Part shown: positions 10,575-21,986 of the stretch, one piece after another | How the letters are laid out: each line of letters opens with the position of its first letter | How positions within the stretch are numbered: position 1 is the stretch's first letter | Origin: a virus | Strand: one strand, 5' to 3' | DNA length: 64,000 nt | Virus record (IMG/VR): IMGVR_UViG_3300027749_000039 | Location: 96,001-160,000 of that record | Position numbers and translations under genes: made by a program | Notes under the pieces: generated by a model | Databases searched by the model: none | Seen by the model: only the letters and a program-made list of their open reading frames with translations | What the model was told of the DNA's origin: nothing

Positions 10575-11702
10575 TTATGCTACTGCTAAGTAAATCTTGC
10601 GATTCATTCTTTCGATAGCTATAACCTTTACTTTTACTGTTTGACCAGCATTGAAAGTTTTTTCAGCTTTTTCTAATTCAGAGTTATGAATCAATCCAAT
10701 TGTTTCATCGTCTAAGAAAATGAGTGTTCCAAATTGTTTGTTTTCTTTCACTTTGCCTGTTAAAGTTTGTCCAATCTTAATATTATCCCACAAAGTTTCT
10801 CTTAAAATTTGAGTTAAGATAATCTTAGAATCCTTTATTATTTCCTTTATGTAGAATTGTATTTCATATCCCGAAGGAATTTGCTTAATCTTTTCTTGCC
10901 ACTCTGGATCTATATTCGTTTTGTGAATCATACCTGTGAGACAAATATCACCATTTGAATTGGAAGCGAATTCAACGAATACGCCGAAATCAGTGGTTCC
11001 TGTTACGCTACCTGTGTAAACTGTATTTGTTTTTAATTCCTTTATTGCTTCTGGAATCAAAGATTGTAAATACTTTCTTCTTGAAACGATGTAAGTTCCT
11101 TCTTCTCTCGAAAAAGATTCTATCATTACCGCAAGTGTTTTACCAACAATTGTTTCTGGTTCAGAAAGTCTGTTAATACCTGCAAGTGTGTTCGGCATAA
11201 ACCCTGGTAAAATAATTGTGTCATATTGTAACTCAACATTGTAACCAGCCGGTGTCATTTCTTTAATGAAGGCGACAATACTATCTTCTTCTTTTAGAGC
11301 TTTAATTGTGTCGTGCGCTCTAGTCTCGTAGAGTTGTGCTACAGAACCTTCGATTAAGTAGTTTCTGTTGTTAACCTTTGAAACTAATAAATCAACTTCA
11401 TCTCCAATATTGAGTGATTTGAAATATTTAAGTTCATTTGGTTTGTTATCAACTCTGACATAATCTTTGAAACCTCCTTCGAACATAAGTGATTCTTTAT
11501 TCATACCAACATAAATTAAGGTATAAACCTCCCCTTCTTGGGGAACATTTACTACCATAGAATCGTAGAGTGAATTAAGTAAGGCTTTTTGTATTAAAAG
11601 CTCTTGATTTGATTTTACCTCGTTATCGAAGTCAAAATCAACGTCTGTGTTGTTGGAAAAATACTTTTTCCTTTTTTCGTTGTAAATAATGGTTTTGCCC
11701 AT
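10575..11702 (-). CDS. rpsA: Ribosomal protein bS1-like, multiple S1 domains
   Basis: Repeated S1 domains (YTGSVTGTTDFGVFVEF...GMIHKTNI; LTGKVKENKQFGTLIFL...GLIHNSEL) and IVSRRKYL. Confidence 0.8.
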   Translation of the reverse strand: MGKTIIYNEKRKKYFSNNTDVDFDFDNEVKSNQELLIQKALLNSLYDSMVVNVPQEGEVYTLIYVGMNKESLMFEGGFKDYVRVDNKPNELKYFKSLNIGDEVDLLVSKVNNRNYLIEGSVAQLYETRAHDTIKALKEEDSIVAFIKEMTPAGYNVELQYDTIILPGFMPNTLAGINRLSEPETIVGKTLAVMIESFSREEGTYIVSRRKYLQSLIPEAIKELKTNTVYTGSVTGTTDFGVFVEFASNSNGDICLTGMIHKTNIDPEWQEKIKQIPSGYEIQFYIKEIIKDSKIILTQILRETLWDNIKIGQTLTGKVKENKQFGTLIFLDDETIGLIHNSELEKAEKTFNAGQTVKVKVIAIERMNRKIYLAVA

Positions 11703-11805
11703 TTTTATTTGTTTTTAAAGTGTAATAGCAATATTGCTGTTAATATTTAGTTAAAATTACAGAAAAGTTTTGAAAAAACAAAAGTTTTTAGAATTATTTT
11801 TTTTG

Positions 11806-12177
11806 TTATTCATTTTCTTTCTTTAAACCCATCTTAGCGATATAATCTCGGATGCGGATTGCGTCTTCGTATTTCTCTAATTTAAGACATTCTTCAAGTT
11901 TTTTATTTAAATCCTCTAAAATCTTTTTGGGATTTTTCTTTTTGCTTTTATAAGAATCATCAAAGATATTATAATAATCGTTCATCTCCTCAATATCCTT
12001 AAAAATAGGTATTGGGCTGTCTTCTAAATCACTTAATTTTTCACTTTCGACTAATAATTTAAGGAATAAGTCATTGAATGCCACATTGTCTATAAGATAT
12101 TTGGCTAAATGATTTGGACGATTTTGAAATATTTTTAGTAGTTTTACTAGATTTCTGTATATTCTATCTTCTGACAT
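11806..12177 (-). CDS. UvrB/UvrC-motif (UVR coiled-coil) protein
   Basis: C-terminal LEECLKLEKYEDAIRIRDYI. Confidence 0.65.
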   Translation of the reverse strand: MSEDRIYRNLVKLLKIFQNRPNHLAKYLIDNVAFNDLFLKLLVESEKLSDLEDSPIPIFKDIEEMNDYYNIFDDSYKSKKKNPKKILEDLNKKLEECLKLEKYEDAIRIRDYIAKMGLKKENE

Positions 12178-12207
12178 AATTAGTATATTTTTAAGTGCTT
12201 CTAAAGT

Positions 12208-12927
12208 TTAAATCTTTGTAAAATATAAATTATAATAGTAATTATAAGAAAATTTAGAACTAGGTTTCTCTTGATTAAATGTTATAGTATTAACCATTTT
12301 AATGGTATCATTTTTTGCGGTATATATTGATATTAAATTATTTGAATCCGCAATTTTTTCAGTAAATAAATTACTATTTTGTAATAATGGTATATTAATA
12401 TTATAAGTATTATTTCTTATAGGACTATTTAAATCATTATAAGTAATAAATAAATCTATATTGGTTAATTGGTAAAGTTGCACTAAGTTATCAACAACAT
12501 ACTGATTTATGGCATAATTGATGTCGTTATTTAAAGTTATATTATTTGAAACACCTTCAAATGTCCTATACTTTTTAAGAGTTGCAAATAAAAAATTTTT
12601 TAAAATAGCGCCGTAATTTACTGTTAATATCCAAGAAGTGTTTGCGGAAAGTTGTGTGTTCGTTTGTGACTTATTTATTACTAATGAGCTATTAGTAAGT
12701 TTATCCGAATTAGTATTATATATTTTTGGACCTAATAATTGTTCGGCTGTTAAATTTAACTGCTCATTATTAATATTCTGATAGTAAATTATATTTTGAT
12801 TTTCGATAGAAATTGAACTATCAAATTTTACTAATTTTGAGGCAAAAAAAGATTTCTTCTCTTTCATCGAAAGAGTTCCATAAACTTTATTATATGTAAA
12901 TTCTGGTGATATGTGCGTTATTTTCAT
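12208..12927 (-). CDS. Hypothetical virion-associated protein
   Basis: N-rich 239 aa ORF co-oriented with the large structural genes. Confidence 0.6.
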   Translation of the reverse strand: MKITHISPEFTYNKVYGTLSMKEKKSFFASKLVKFDSSISIENQNIIYYQNINNEQLNLTAEQLLGPKIYNTNSDKLTNSSLVINKSQTNTQLSANTSWILTVNYGAILKNFLFATLKKYRTFEGVSNNITLNNDINYAINQYVVDNLVQLYQLTNIDLFITYNDLNSPIRNNTYNINIPLLQNSNLFTEKIADSNNLISIYTAKNDTIKMVNTITFNQEKPSSKFSYNYYYNLYFTKI

Positions 12928-12928
12928 A

Positions 12929-15900
12929 TTATGATAAATTTTTTGGTGTTATAGTTATAGGATTAAATGATACAGTAGAATCAATTAATGCTGTTGGTAT
13001 ATTAGTAACAAAAACAGGTATACATTCAGTGTGATATTCAATATCCCAACTAGATTTAAATATAAATATATCTGTTGTAGTATATCCAAATTCATCTAAC
13101 ATAGGATATATTGATTTCAAATTAGGTGAATTTTTCAATTTTAATTGACTACCATTTCTATTTACCTTAGATATTACTGTTTCTTTCAACATACCAAAAT
13201 TGGTAAGGTCAGTGTCAAATATAGTATTAGTAGAATATGTTAATCCTTTTTTAAATAAATCAACAGTTAAAAAGATTGGATCATAATAACCACTATGTCT
13301 ATATAAAGTATTATATATTTGGTTAGTTAATCCTGAATAATTTGGTATAGGTTCTGTATCAAATGTATTTTTCTCAATAACAGAAGCTAAATGTAAATTA
13401 TTATAAAAATTCTTTTTGCTCAAAGATGGCACCGCTCCATTATTTAAAGTTAAACTTGGTTTAATTTGACTTGGTTTTAAAGTCATCGGCACTTTAATTA
13501 AAGAAGAAAAGCGACTTTTAACCATATCTGGTGTATCTATTTTTAGTATAGAACTTATATTATCAAATGATGTTATTTGGTTAAAATCATGTATCTTTAC
13601 TTCATTATCATCAATGATAATATATTTTACCTTATTTATAAATCCATAGTTATTCTGAACATCATTAACTGCACTTATTAAATTATTTGCTGTTAAATTT
13701 GAATATAAATCTTTATATAAATCATCTCTATCTGTATTTGATAAGTTGCCTAATGTATTATCATTTATATAAATATTTAATAAAATATTTTTATATTTTT
13801 TATTGATAAAGATATAAATACCATTATCTAATGTAGAATTATTTATATTACTATTACAAATATAATACCTATTATTAAAATAAATAATGTTATTGGAATT
13901 AACGGAACTACCATATACATAATTAGTGCTAGGTGTAAATGTATATAGCTGTATCCAATCAATAGACGAGTCTGGTGTCACTCCTAATGTTGTTATAGTA
14001 TTGGTATAAAATAATGAATTATTATAAATAACTAAATTACTTGGATAATAGATTTGTATTGGACTCCAAAGATTTACTACGCTCCATTGCACATTTGGGC
14101 TACCAAATGAATCATAGTAATTAGATTTAGTCCAATTATTTGTTGAAGGAGTATATATATTTGAACTAGTATTTGAAATCCAAACTTGATTCTGATATAA
14201 TACTACATCACCTATATTATAAGTTGCACTAGGATTATAAAATGTATTTGTTGTTGTCCCATTATTATAATAATATTCATTATAATTAAACACAATATTT
14301 GATAAACTAGGCGTAGCTCCAGTATATGTAGAGTATGTATTTAATGGTGACCAAAAAATTGTATTAATAGTAGAATAAGTCCAATTAGAACTATTTCCTG
14401 GATTTATATTTGGATCTTGTATAAAAGAATTAGTTATTGACGTATATAATATCTCTTGATAGGTTACAAAGCTTCCTAAATCATATTCTTTCTCATATTT
14501 CCAGTTATCTACAATACTCCAATTCATTAAATTATTTGAATAAGTTAATGATATTTGATTAATATTTGTTGTATCCGTTTCTATTGTTGTATTATTTTTA
14601 GATAATAAAATAGTAAACTTATAATCGTCATAAGTATTATTATTTGTTGTATTAATATTTTGAATTATACCATTTGAAACTTTTACACTACTTACATCAA
14701 ACGCTTTTATTTTTAATCCTTTAAATAAAGTTATATTTGGTATATCACTATCGCCACTATTAAATAATGAAAATTTACTAATATTATCAATTAATGTTGA
14801 ATTATTTAAGTAAACTTTCCTATCAAAAAATATACTAAAATAATCATAACTTAAATCCAAATATTGGTTTATATCAAAATAATAATTTTGATCGATAGAA
14901 TTATTGCTAATTTGTTCTACATGCAGACTATGGAAAGCATAACTAATTGTAGAAGAATTGATTGAATAAAAATAATCTAAATTTCTATTAATTCTTTTTG
15001 GTTGAGTTAAGAAAGTATCCGCTGTTTTATTATGTAATTCGGCTGTAAATGAATTATTTAAATAATATGGATAATCATTACTAGATAATGAATTTTTAAA
15101 TCCCCATTTAGTATGCTGTGAATTTTTTAACCACAATTTATTTAAATTATAATTATTATTCTCATCTTTGTCTATTTTAAAGGTTTCATTATTTGCGGTG
15201 TAATGTGACGAAGCTGGTATATTTGCTACTAAATTATTAACAGTAAAATCTACTTTAGTTCTTGGGAAGTCTATACTTTCCAAGTTCTCCATGTGCATTT
15301 TTGGCTCATCAGTCTGTATAACTGTATTCTCTATTTCATATTCATGGTTTGCAAATTTTGTGTTAACAATAGTTTCGTCAAAATATTTAATATCAGTAAA
15401 CTGTAATTTATAAATTGGAAAAGATACAGGTGTATTATTAGATGTAGTAGAGAGCATATCAATAGTGGTATTATATGCAGGGTCTGGATAGTTTATATAA
15501 TAATTAAGCGTAGTTGAATTTATTTTGAATCCATAGTCAGAATAGATATAATAATCACCATTATCATATTGTAATGTGTGATATTGTTCTCCTATCTTAA
15601 TCAACCATACATCAGCGGTATTCCAATCATCTATTACAAATGAACTACCATCTAAATAAGTTATTTTATTATTAGAGTCTATTGTAATAACACTTTTATT
15701 TATTAAAGCTTGTTTACCAGTCAAATCTATGTCACTTAATATTATCCAATGATATGTATTAAATCCAGCAATATTTACTGGGACTTTTACAACTTCATAA
15801 AAATTACCAAGTATTTCTATGAAAATCTTTGATTGTTCTAATGTCTTATCAGTAAATGGTTTGTTGAAAGTGCTAGTTAGTATATTACCACTAAGTATTT

Positions 15901-16795
15901 CACAATCAGACACAACTATAGAAGCTAAATATGTAGTAACAGATTTAGATAAAATCATATCATCTAAATAAAATCCGCTATATCTATTTATGCTCCAAGG
16001 TCTTAGTGAAGTAGGAGTTGCTGGTGTATCATTAAATAAAAAATTCATGTTGAATATATTTGGATAAACAATATGATTCTTTTTAAATCCGTCATATATA
16101 AACTTTTCCAAATCATGGAATGCATTTTCGTAATCTAGTACATCATCAAAGTAATAAGGGCTTTTTGTATAACCACCTTTTAAATAGTCAATGCCATTCC
16201 AATAAGAAAATTGTAATTTTCTAAAGTCTATTTCAAATCCAGTATCCGGAAAAGCTGTATTATTGGTTATATTATTATATAACCATTGACCTAATTCTGT
16301 TTTATTCGTTAAATCAAATATTTTAACACATTTTAATTTATTTAAAATTTCCGAACTAAAATTATTTTTAGTTACCGTTGTTAGACCAGCGCCATCTATT
16401 CTAAAAATTATAAAATAATTTGGAATACCAGTTTTTGAAGCATATAATGGCGCAAAATATTCAAAATCTTCTGGATAAAATTTATTATCGGCTATATCTT
16501 GGCAACCAGAAATATATAAATCATCTAATTGCTTATCAAAAGAATTAAACATTATATTACTATCATTTTCGTATTTAACAGCAAATGCAATTTCTGGATC
16601 TAAACCATAGAAAAAATTAGGCAAAAGAGCGTCATAATAACTATCTTTATTAAATTGGAAATTCTTGTATATACTATTGGATAAATTACTATTACTTTCT
16701 ATACTATCTAAGTATAAATTATAATTACTATCAACTGTTATTTTGATATTTGTACTTAATCCAACATTTGTCTTTATTAATGAAAATGATCTCAT
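12929..16795 (-). CDS. Large virion structural protein with ChtBD3/CBM5-12-like aromatic repeats
   Basis: 1288 aa; repeats of the form W/Y-xxxxxY-xxG-xxVxY-xxxx-Y/W. Confidence 0.65.
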   Translation of the reverse strand: MRSFSLIKTNVGLSTNIKITVDSNYNLYLDSIESNSNLSNSIYKNFQFNKDSYYDALLPNFFYGLDPEIAFAVKYENDSNIMFNSFDKQLDDLYISGCQDIADNKFYPEDFEYFAPLYASKTGIPNYFIIFRIDGAGLTTVTKNNFSSEILNKLKCVKIFDLTNKTELGQWLYNNITNNTAFPDTGFEIDFRKLQFSYWNGIDYLKGGYTKSPYYFDDVLDYENAFHDLEKFIYDGFKKNHIVYPNIFNMNFLFNDTPATPTSLRPWSINRYSGFYLDDMILSKSVTTYLASIVVSDCEILSGNILTSTFNKPFTDKTLEQSKIFIEILGNFYEVVKVPVNIAGFNTYHWIILSDIDLTGKQALINKSVITIDSNNKITYLDGSSFVIDDWNTADVWLIKIGEQYHTLQYDNGDYYIYSDYGFKINSTTLNYYINYPDPAYNTTIDMLSTTSNNTPVSFPIYKLQFTDIKYFDETIVNTKFANHEYEIENTVIQTDEPKMHMENLESIDFPRTKVDFTVNNLVANIPASSHYTANNETFKIDKDENNNYNLNKLWLKNSQHTKWGFKNSLSSNDYPYYLNNSFTAELHNKTADTFLTQPKRINRNLDYFYSINSSTISYAFHSLHVEQISNNSIDQNYYFDINQYLDLSYDYFSIFFDRKVYLNNSTLIDNISKFSLFNSGDSDIPNITLFKGLKIKAFDVSSVKVSNGIIQNINTTNNNTYDDYKFTILLSKNNTTIETDTTNINQISLTYSNNLMNWSIVDNWKYEKEYDLGSFVTYQEILYTSITNSFIQDPNINPGNSSNWTYSTINTIFWSPLNTYSTYTGATPSLSNIVFNYNEYYYNNGTTTNTFYNPSATYNIGDVVLYQNQVWISNTSSNIYTPSTNNWTKSNYYDSFGSPNVQWSVVNLWSPIQIYYPSNLVIYNNSLFYTNTITTLGVTPDSSIDWIQLYTFTPSTNYVYGSSVNSNNIIYFNNRYYICNSNINNSTLDNGIYIFINKKYKNILLNIYINDNTLGNLSNTDRDDLYKDLYSNLTANNLISAVNDVQNNYGFINKVKYIIIDDNEVKIHDFNQITSFDNISSILKIDTPDMVKSRFSSLIKVPMTLKPSQIKPSLTLNNGAVPSLSKKNFYNNLHLASVIEKNTFDTEPIPNYSGLTNQIYNTLYRHSGYYDPIFLTVDLFKKGLTYSTNTIFDTDLTNFGMLKETVISKVNRNGSQLKLKNSPNLKSIYPMLDEFGYTTTDIFIFKSSWDIEYHTECIPVFVTNIPTALIDSTVSFNPITITPKNLS

Positions 16796-16817
16796 TTATT
16801 TAATTTAATTTTAATTA

Positions 16818-19800
16818 TTATGCTGTGCGTATAGCGGCATTAGAATTACTTTGAATACTATTTACTCTATTTAGTGTAAACTTAATAGTAAATGTAAATG
16901 GTGAATTATCTGCTTGATTATACATTAGAAATTTCAATTCCTTTATATGTCTAACATTTTGACTTACTCCATTTAATATAATATATTGATAATTTGCACC
17001 ACTTTGACTATTATCTAATGCATTCATTTTAAAATAAATATTTATAGGAATATTTATTGTATTAAGAGATGTTAAATAATGTACTTGTTGTGTATTAGTT
17101 TCTTGTATATTAGTTAATTGTTGAACTGATGGGTGAATACTAGTTAATAATTTATTTGTTGAAGAAATTGAACTAGTTGTATCTATCCATTTTGAGCTAT
17201 CAATCAATGATTTATTATTACCTATAAAGGATAATACAGAAGCATCCGAATATCCTATATTGTATTCAGGTGATGATAATATATCAGTAATTGAGTTATT
17301 ACCATTTGTTGCAAATAAATTACCTATATTTTGACTTAACGGTGTAACTGTTGTTTGATTTACTGAATCATAGTTGACGCTCCAAAAAAATTGATTATCT
17401 ATTTGAGTTTTTGAAACACCAGTTACATCACTAGTTATTAATTCATCTTGGTCATCTACCCAAAATACTTGAGGCACCGCACTATTATACACGTCACTGT
17501 TAACACCAGACGTATATGTAGTGCTAGATAATAAACCTAATGTGCTATTCGGTGTTGAATTAGCAACTGTAATAAAGAAATCCTTAACTACATAAATATT
17601 ATTGGCATAAACTCTACCAGATGGAACACCAGGACCAACAAATGGAAATAAATAATCTTCACAATTAACCGTAAAGTTTAATACAGTATTTTTTTCAACA
17701 ATAAATTTATTGCTATTTTTAAATACCGTAACAACTAATTTGCCTTGTGCATTTGTTATAACTGCTTGTAATTCGGCAATTTTATCGGTTAATGATTTTA
17801 AATAATCCATCAAATCTATTGAATTGCCATTTACATCTTTAAATCCTGATAAAATTTTATCAGAAGATAAATAATAAGTAGAGTTATTAACAACAGTTTT
17901 TTGAGATAATAAATCATTTAATCCATTATTATTTAGAGTGGTTAATAGATTAGCTTTAATTGCCTCTTGTTTAGCATTATCTATTACTGAACTATTGTTA
18001 TTAACTGCGTTTAATAAGTTATCAGGAAATCCAACTGTAATGCTATTAGACCAATCAGAGTATAATGGAGAGTCTGGATAACCAACTTCTGAAATAGATC
18101 TCATTCTAATTAATATTGTTTCATTTTTTTGAATTGGTATATTTAATTGATTAATATTAATACTCTCTGGATTATTCATATCATCAACTACCCAAGTAAA
18201 AGAACCAGAAGAAGCATCATAAACTCTTTTTAATGCGGTAGTGCCTAATTGCTGCCAATTAGAATAAGCTGCTGTTTTTGGAACAGCAGATTTAGAAATT
18301 GTGCTAGATAAACCAACAGATGTATCATATAAAGTAAAAGTTTGTATTGGTGTTTCGCTACCATCTTTACTTAATCTTTTATATTGCACATCAAATTTAA
18401 CAATTTGTTGTGGCTTAACTAAATTAGCTTGCCCAGCATTTGAATATGTTGGTACCATTGCCGCTGGTATAGTCCAGAAACCTCTAACCGCAAATGTAGG
18501 CTCAACAGTTACATTTGTAGTTGATGTGGTTAATATTTGACTATTAACCGAATCTTTTAGATTACTAACTGAATGATATTGCGTATGTAATCCGTTTACA
18601 TCATTTAAAGCTTGTTGTTTATCAGCGTCACTACTAAATCTAGTTACCTGTATTTGCTTATTTTTAGATTGGATTGCATTTGAAATTTGTTGTAATTGAT
18701 TATCCAAACTAGAAACTTGTGAAGCTTGTTGCTTAATTAAATTAGAATTAGCTGTATTAGTTAAATGTAGGTTTGTTTGTATAACCTGAAAATTACTAGA
18801 TACTAAATATGGTGCAGTAGGTGTTATTCCTGTATTAACAGGTTGATTTCTATTAACTAAATCTTTTAAAGCAGCACCATAATCACTAACATTAGCATTA
18901 TAATATTGAGTCATCGATAAGCCATTATTATCATCGTAAGAGCTTAAACTCAAATCATTAGTATAATAACCTATGCCATAACTCCAATTTCTACTTAATA
19001 TGTAGTTTGTGTTATTTAATGCTTTGACAAAAAGAACATTTCTTTCATTATAACCAACTGGTATATTTATAGTTTGATCTGTTAATATAGGTGAATAAAA
19101 TTTCAATGTGTTAGTTCCAATCGGAATTGGTTGATTACCAGTAACAGATGTTAAAGTTATTTTAAAATTAGAAGATGAATTAGATATATTAGTAATTTGG
19201 AATATAGTATTTGCGTTAGCTATATTAACTATTAAAGAATCTCCAATAGCTAATTGCTTTGGTGTATTTGTTAATATTTCTGTATAAGTTAATGTATCTA
19301 TATAATACCATAATATATTATTAGTATCAGTTTCCGCTCTTAATACACTAAATATACCACTATATTGTAATTGATTTGGTGTTAATTGCATTGTTTCTTC
19401 TTTATAATCAGCATTACCCGGTGACAATACTCCCGGTGTTGTTTGCTGCCAACCTAAGAAATCATTCAAAACTATATTTGATTTATTATTAAATAATTGG
19501 TTAAAACTAGTTAACGCAGATGAACCTAAATTAGTTAATGTGCCAGTTGAATCAATTTCAAAAGAAATTACATATCTTCTATATAAGATTTCTTTAGTAT
19601 CCATATCAATTTTACCACTTAAATCAATGTTAATAAATAATTCTGGATCCATTAAAGCATCAAATAAATAATTTCTTTTACTAACAAAAGTAGTTGGAAC
19701 ATTTATTTGAGATATATCAGCTGGTTCTAAATTTAAATCAACTGTTATAATTCTTTGAAAACTATTTGGTCCAGTTTTCATAATAGCTCCATTATTATTT

Positions 19801-20036
19801 AATCCATATAAAGTATTAATATTATTATTCATTCTATTAATCTCCGATTGTAAATAACTAAATGACGGCATACTAACAACAGTTGGCGCACCAGTTGAAT
19901 CAACAACAGTTAAATTAACAGAAGCAGCAGTTGTTGTGGTTAAGCTATTAATGTTATTTAATAGTTGGACTACATTATTATTAAAGTTAATTATTTGTTC
20001 GGCAACCGTATGGTATGAATTATAAGTATTTGGCAT
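16818..20036 (-). CDS. Large virion structural protein with central coiled coil
   Basis: 1072 aa, N/S/T-rich; AATATATA element upstream at 20057-20064. Confidence 0.65.
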   Translation of the reverse strand: MPNTYNSYHTVAEQIINFNNNVVQLLNNINSLTTTTAASVNLTVVDSTGAPTVVSMPSFSYLQSEINRMNNNINTLYGLNNNGAIMKTGPNSFQRIITVDLNLEPADISQINVPTTFVSKRNYLFDALMDPELFINIDLSGKIDMDTKEILYRRYVISFEIDSTGTLTNLGSSALTSFNQLFNNKSNIVLNDFLGWQQTTPGVLSPGNADYKEETMQLTPNQLQYSGIFSVLRAETDTNNILWYYIDTLTYTEILTNTPKQLAIGDSLIVNIANANTIFQITNISNSSSNFKITLTSVTGNQPIPIGTNTLKFYSPILTDQTINIPVGYNERNVLFVKALNNTNYILSRNWSYGIGYYTNDLSLSSYDDNNGLSMTQYYNANVSDYGAALKDLVNRNQPVNTGITPTAPYLVSSNFQVIQTNLHLTNTANSNLIKQQASQVSSLDNQLQQISNAIQSKNKQIQVTRFSSDADKQQALNDVNGLHTQYHSVSNLKDSVNSQILTTSTTNVTVEPTFAVRGFWTIPAAMVPTYSNAGQANLVKPQQIVKFDVQYKRLSKDGSETPIQTFTLYDTSVGLSSTISKSAVPKTAAYSNWQQLGTTALKRVYDASSGSFTWVVDDMNNPESININQLNIPIQKNETILIRMRSISEVGYPDSPLYSDWSNSITVGFPDNLLNAVNNNSSVIDNAKQEAIKANLLTTLNNNGLNDLLSQKTVVNNSTYYLSSDKILSGFKDVNGNSIDLMDYLKSLTDKIAELQAVITNAQGKLVVTVFKNSNKFIVEKNTVLNFTVNCEDYLFPFVGPGVPSGRVYANNIYVVKDFFITVANSTPNSTLGLLSSTTYTSGVNSDVYNSAVPQVFWVDDQDELITSDVTGVSKTQIDNQFFWSVNYDSVNQTTVTPLSQNIGNLFATNGNNSITDILSSPEYNIGYSDASVLSFIGNNKSLIDSSKWIDTTSSISSTNKLLTSIHPSVQQLTNIQETNTQQVHYLTSLNTINIPINIYFKMNALDNSQSGANYQYIILNGVSQNVRHIKELKFLMYNQADNSPFTFTIKFTLNRVNSIQSNSNAAIRTA

Positions 20037-20138
20037 CTTAAAAGATATGTTTTTATTATATATTAAATCTAATACTTTTCTAAAAAAATATTTTTGTTTT
20101 TTGAAATCTTTTGCGTATCTTTGTGTAAAAATATAATT

Positions 20139-21986
20139 ATGTCAATAGTAGAAAATCTAGTTAAACAACTAACTCAATACAATGAGGCGTATCGTTCAGG
20201 TGAAGCACTTATTTCCGATACTGAATATGATTTATTAGTAGAACAGCTCGAAGAATTAGATCCAAATAATTCTTTTTTCGATAATGTTGGTATAAAAGTT
20301 GCCGATAAAGAAAGAGAAAGAAAGTTGCCTATCACAATGGCTTCCATGAATAAGATTAAATCAATGGAAGAAGTTGCTGATTGGTGCCGCTTAAAAGGTA
20401 TACCTATTGATTCATATGTAGTATTAACACCTAAATATGACGGACTTTCATTATGTGTTGATGAAACTAAAAATAATGCTACTACTCGTGGTGATGGTAA
20501 ACTTGGACAAGCATCAGATGAACACTATAAGTTAATCAAAAATCATTTGAGCAATATTAATATGCCAACAGATATTTTTGAATTTACTTACGGTGAGGTA
20601 ATGATGTCAAGAGAAACTTTTAAAACAAAGTATTCTATGAACTTCGCTAATCCAAGAAATCTTGTTGCTGGTTTAATTAATAACAAACAAGCAACCGAAT
20701 CACTTAAAGATACTGAATATATTAAATATGGTGGTGTGTGTGCGGATGGTAATAGAAATCTCTTTGCGTATAAAAATGAAATGCTAACTATGTTAAATAA
20801 CTTGCAAAAGATTCAAGTTCCATTTAAAGTAGTTAAAATATCTGAATTGAACGAAGAATTTTTAGTAAATACATTTAAAGAATGGTCAATAGATTATGAA
20901 ATTGATGGTGTAATTGTAGAAATCAATGACTTAAAATTACAAGAAAAACTTGGACGTGAGCGTTCCGGAAACCCTGTATGGGCAAGAGCATTTAAATCTC
21001 CACAATTTGAGCAATCTGCAATTACTACTGTAATAGGTATATCATGGAATATATCTAAACAAGGTTACTTAAAACCTATTCTTCACATTGACCCAGTGCG
21101 CTTAGATGGTGTTACTGTATCTAATGTAACAGGTAATAATGCACGCTTTGTTAAAGATATGGGTCTTGGTATTGGAGCTAAAATTCGTGTTGTTCGTTCT
21201 GGTATGGTTATTCCTTTAGTTAAAGAGGTAATTGAACCAGTTGAATTTGTTATGCCTGATATTGATAATATTGGTTGGAATGAAAATGAGGTTGAGTTAA
21301 TAACTTTAACTGAAACAAAAGAACAAAAATTCAAGCAATTGGTTTCTTTCTTTGAAATACTTGAAGTAGAAAATGCTGGCGAGGGTGTATTCGCCCAACT
21401 TTGGGATGCTGGATATCAAACTGTTAAGCAAGTATTAGAGCTAAAGCCTGCTAATATGGAAAAACTTGAAGGTTTTGGTAAACGCAAAGCAGAAATTGTA
21501 TATAATGCCATTCAAAGTAGAGTAAATAATGTAGAATTATCTAAACTACAACACGCAACTGGTATATTTAAAATGCTTGGTAGTAAAAAACTTGCATTAT
21601 TAGAAGGCTTTAAGACTAAACCAACACTTGGTGAAGTAATGGCTATTGAAGGATTTGCTGAAAAGTCAGCAGAATCGTATTTAACTGGTTATGATTTATT
21701 TAATGATTTTATCAAAGACCTTCCAATTACTATTTCTGAAAAGAAAGTAGTGCAAAAAGCATCTAACGAATTAGAAGGTAAGTCATTCTGCTTTACAGGT
21801 GTTCGTTGCAAAGATTTAGAACCTATTATAGAAAGCAAAGGTGGCAAAATCGCATCTGGTGTTTCTAAAAGTTTAACTTATTTAGTTGCAAAAGACCCTA
21901 CTTCAGGTAGTTCTAAGTTAGTTAAAGCAGAAGAATTAGGTGTAATATTGTTAAGCGTCCAAGATTTAGAAAATTTATTGAAATAA
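20139..21986 (+). CDS. ligA: NAD-dependent DNA ligase
   Basis: KYDG adenylation motif, GEV, NPRNLVAG, DGVIV, OB fold, HhH repeats and C-terminal BRCT. Start set at ATG 20139, downstream of the promoter at 20116-20123. Confidence 0.95.
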   Translation: MSIVENLVKQLTQYNEAYRSGEALISDTEYDLLVEQLEELDPNNSFFDNVGIKVADKERERKLPITMASMNKIKSMEEVADWCRLKGIPIDSYVVLTPKYDGLSLCVDETKNNATTRGDGKLGQASDEHYKLIKNHLSNINMPTDIFEFTYGEVMMSRETFKTKYSMNFANPRNLVAGLINNKQATESLKDTEYIKYGGVCADGNRNLFAYKNEMLTMLNNLQKIQVPFKVVKISELNEEFLVNTFKEWSIDYEIDGVIVEINDLKLQEKLGRERSGNPVWARAFKSPQFEQSAITTVIGISWNISKQGYLKPILHIDPVRLDGVTVSNVTGNNARFVKDMGLGIGAKIRVVRSGMVIPLVKEVIEPVEFVMPDIDNIGWNENEVELITLTETKEQKFKQLVSFFEILEVENAGEGVFAQLWDAGYQTVKQVLELKPANMEKLEGFGKRKAEIVYNAIQSRVNNVELSKLQHATGIFKMLGSKKLALLEGFKTKPTLGEVMAIEGFAEKSAESYLTGYDLFNDFIKDLPITISEKKVVQKASNELEGKSFCFTGVRCKDLEPIIESKGGKIASGVSKSLTYLVAKDPTSGSSKLVKAEELGVILLSVQDLENLLK

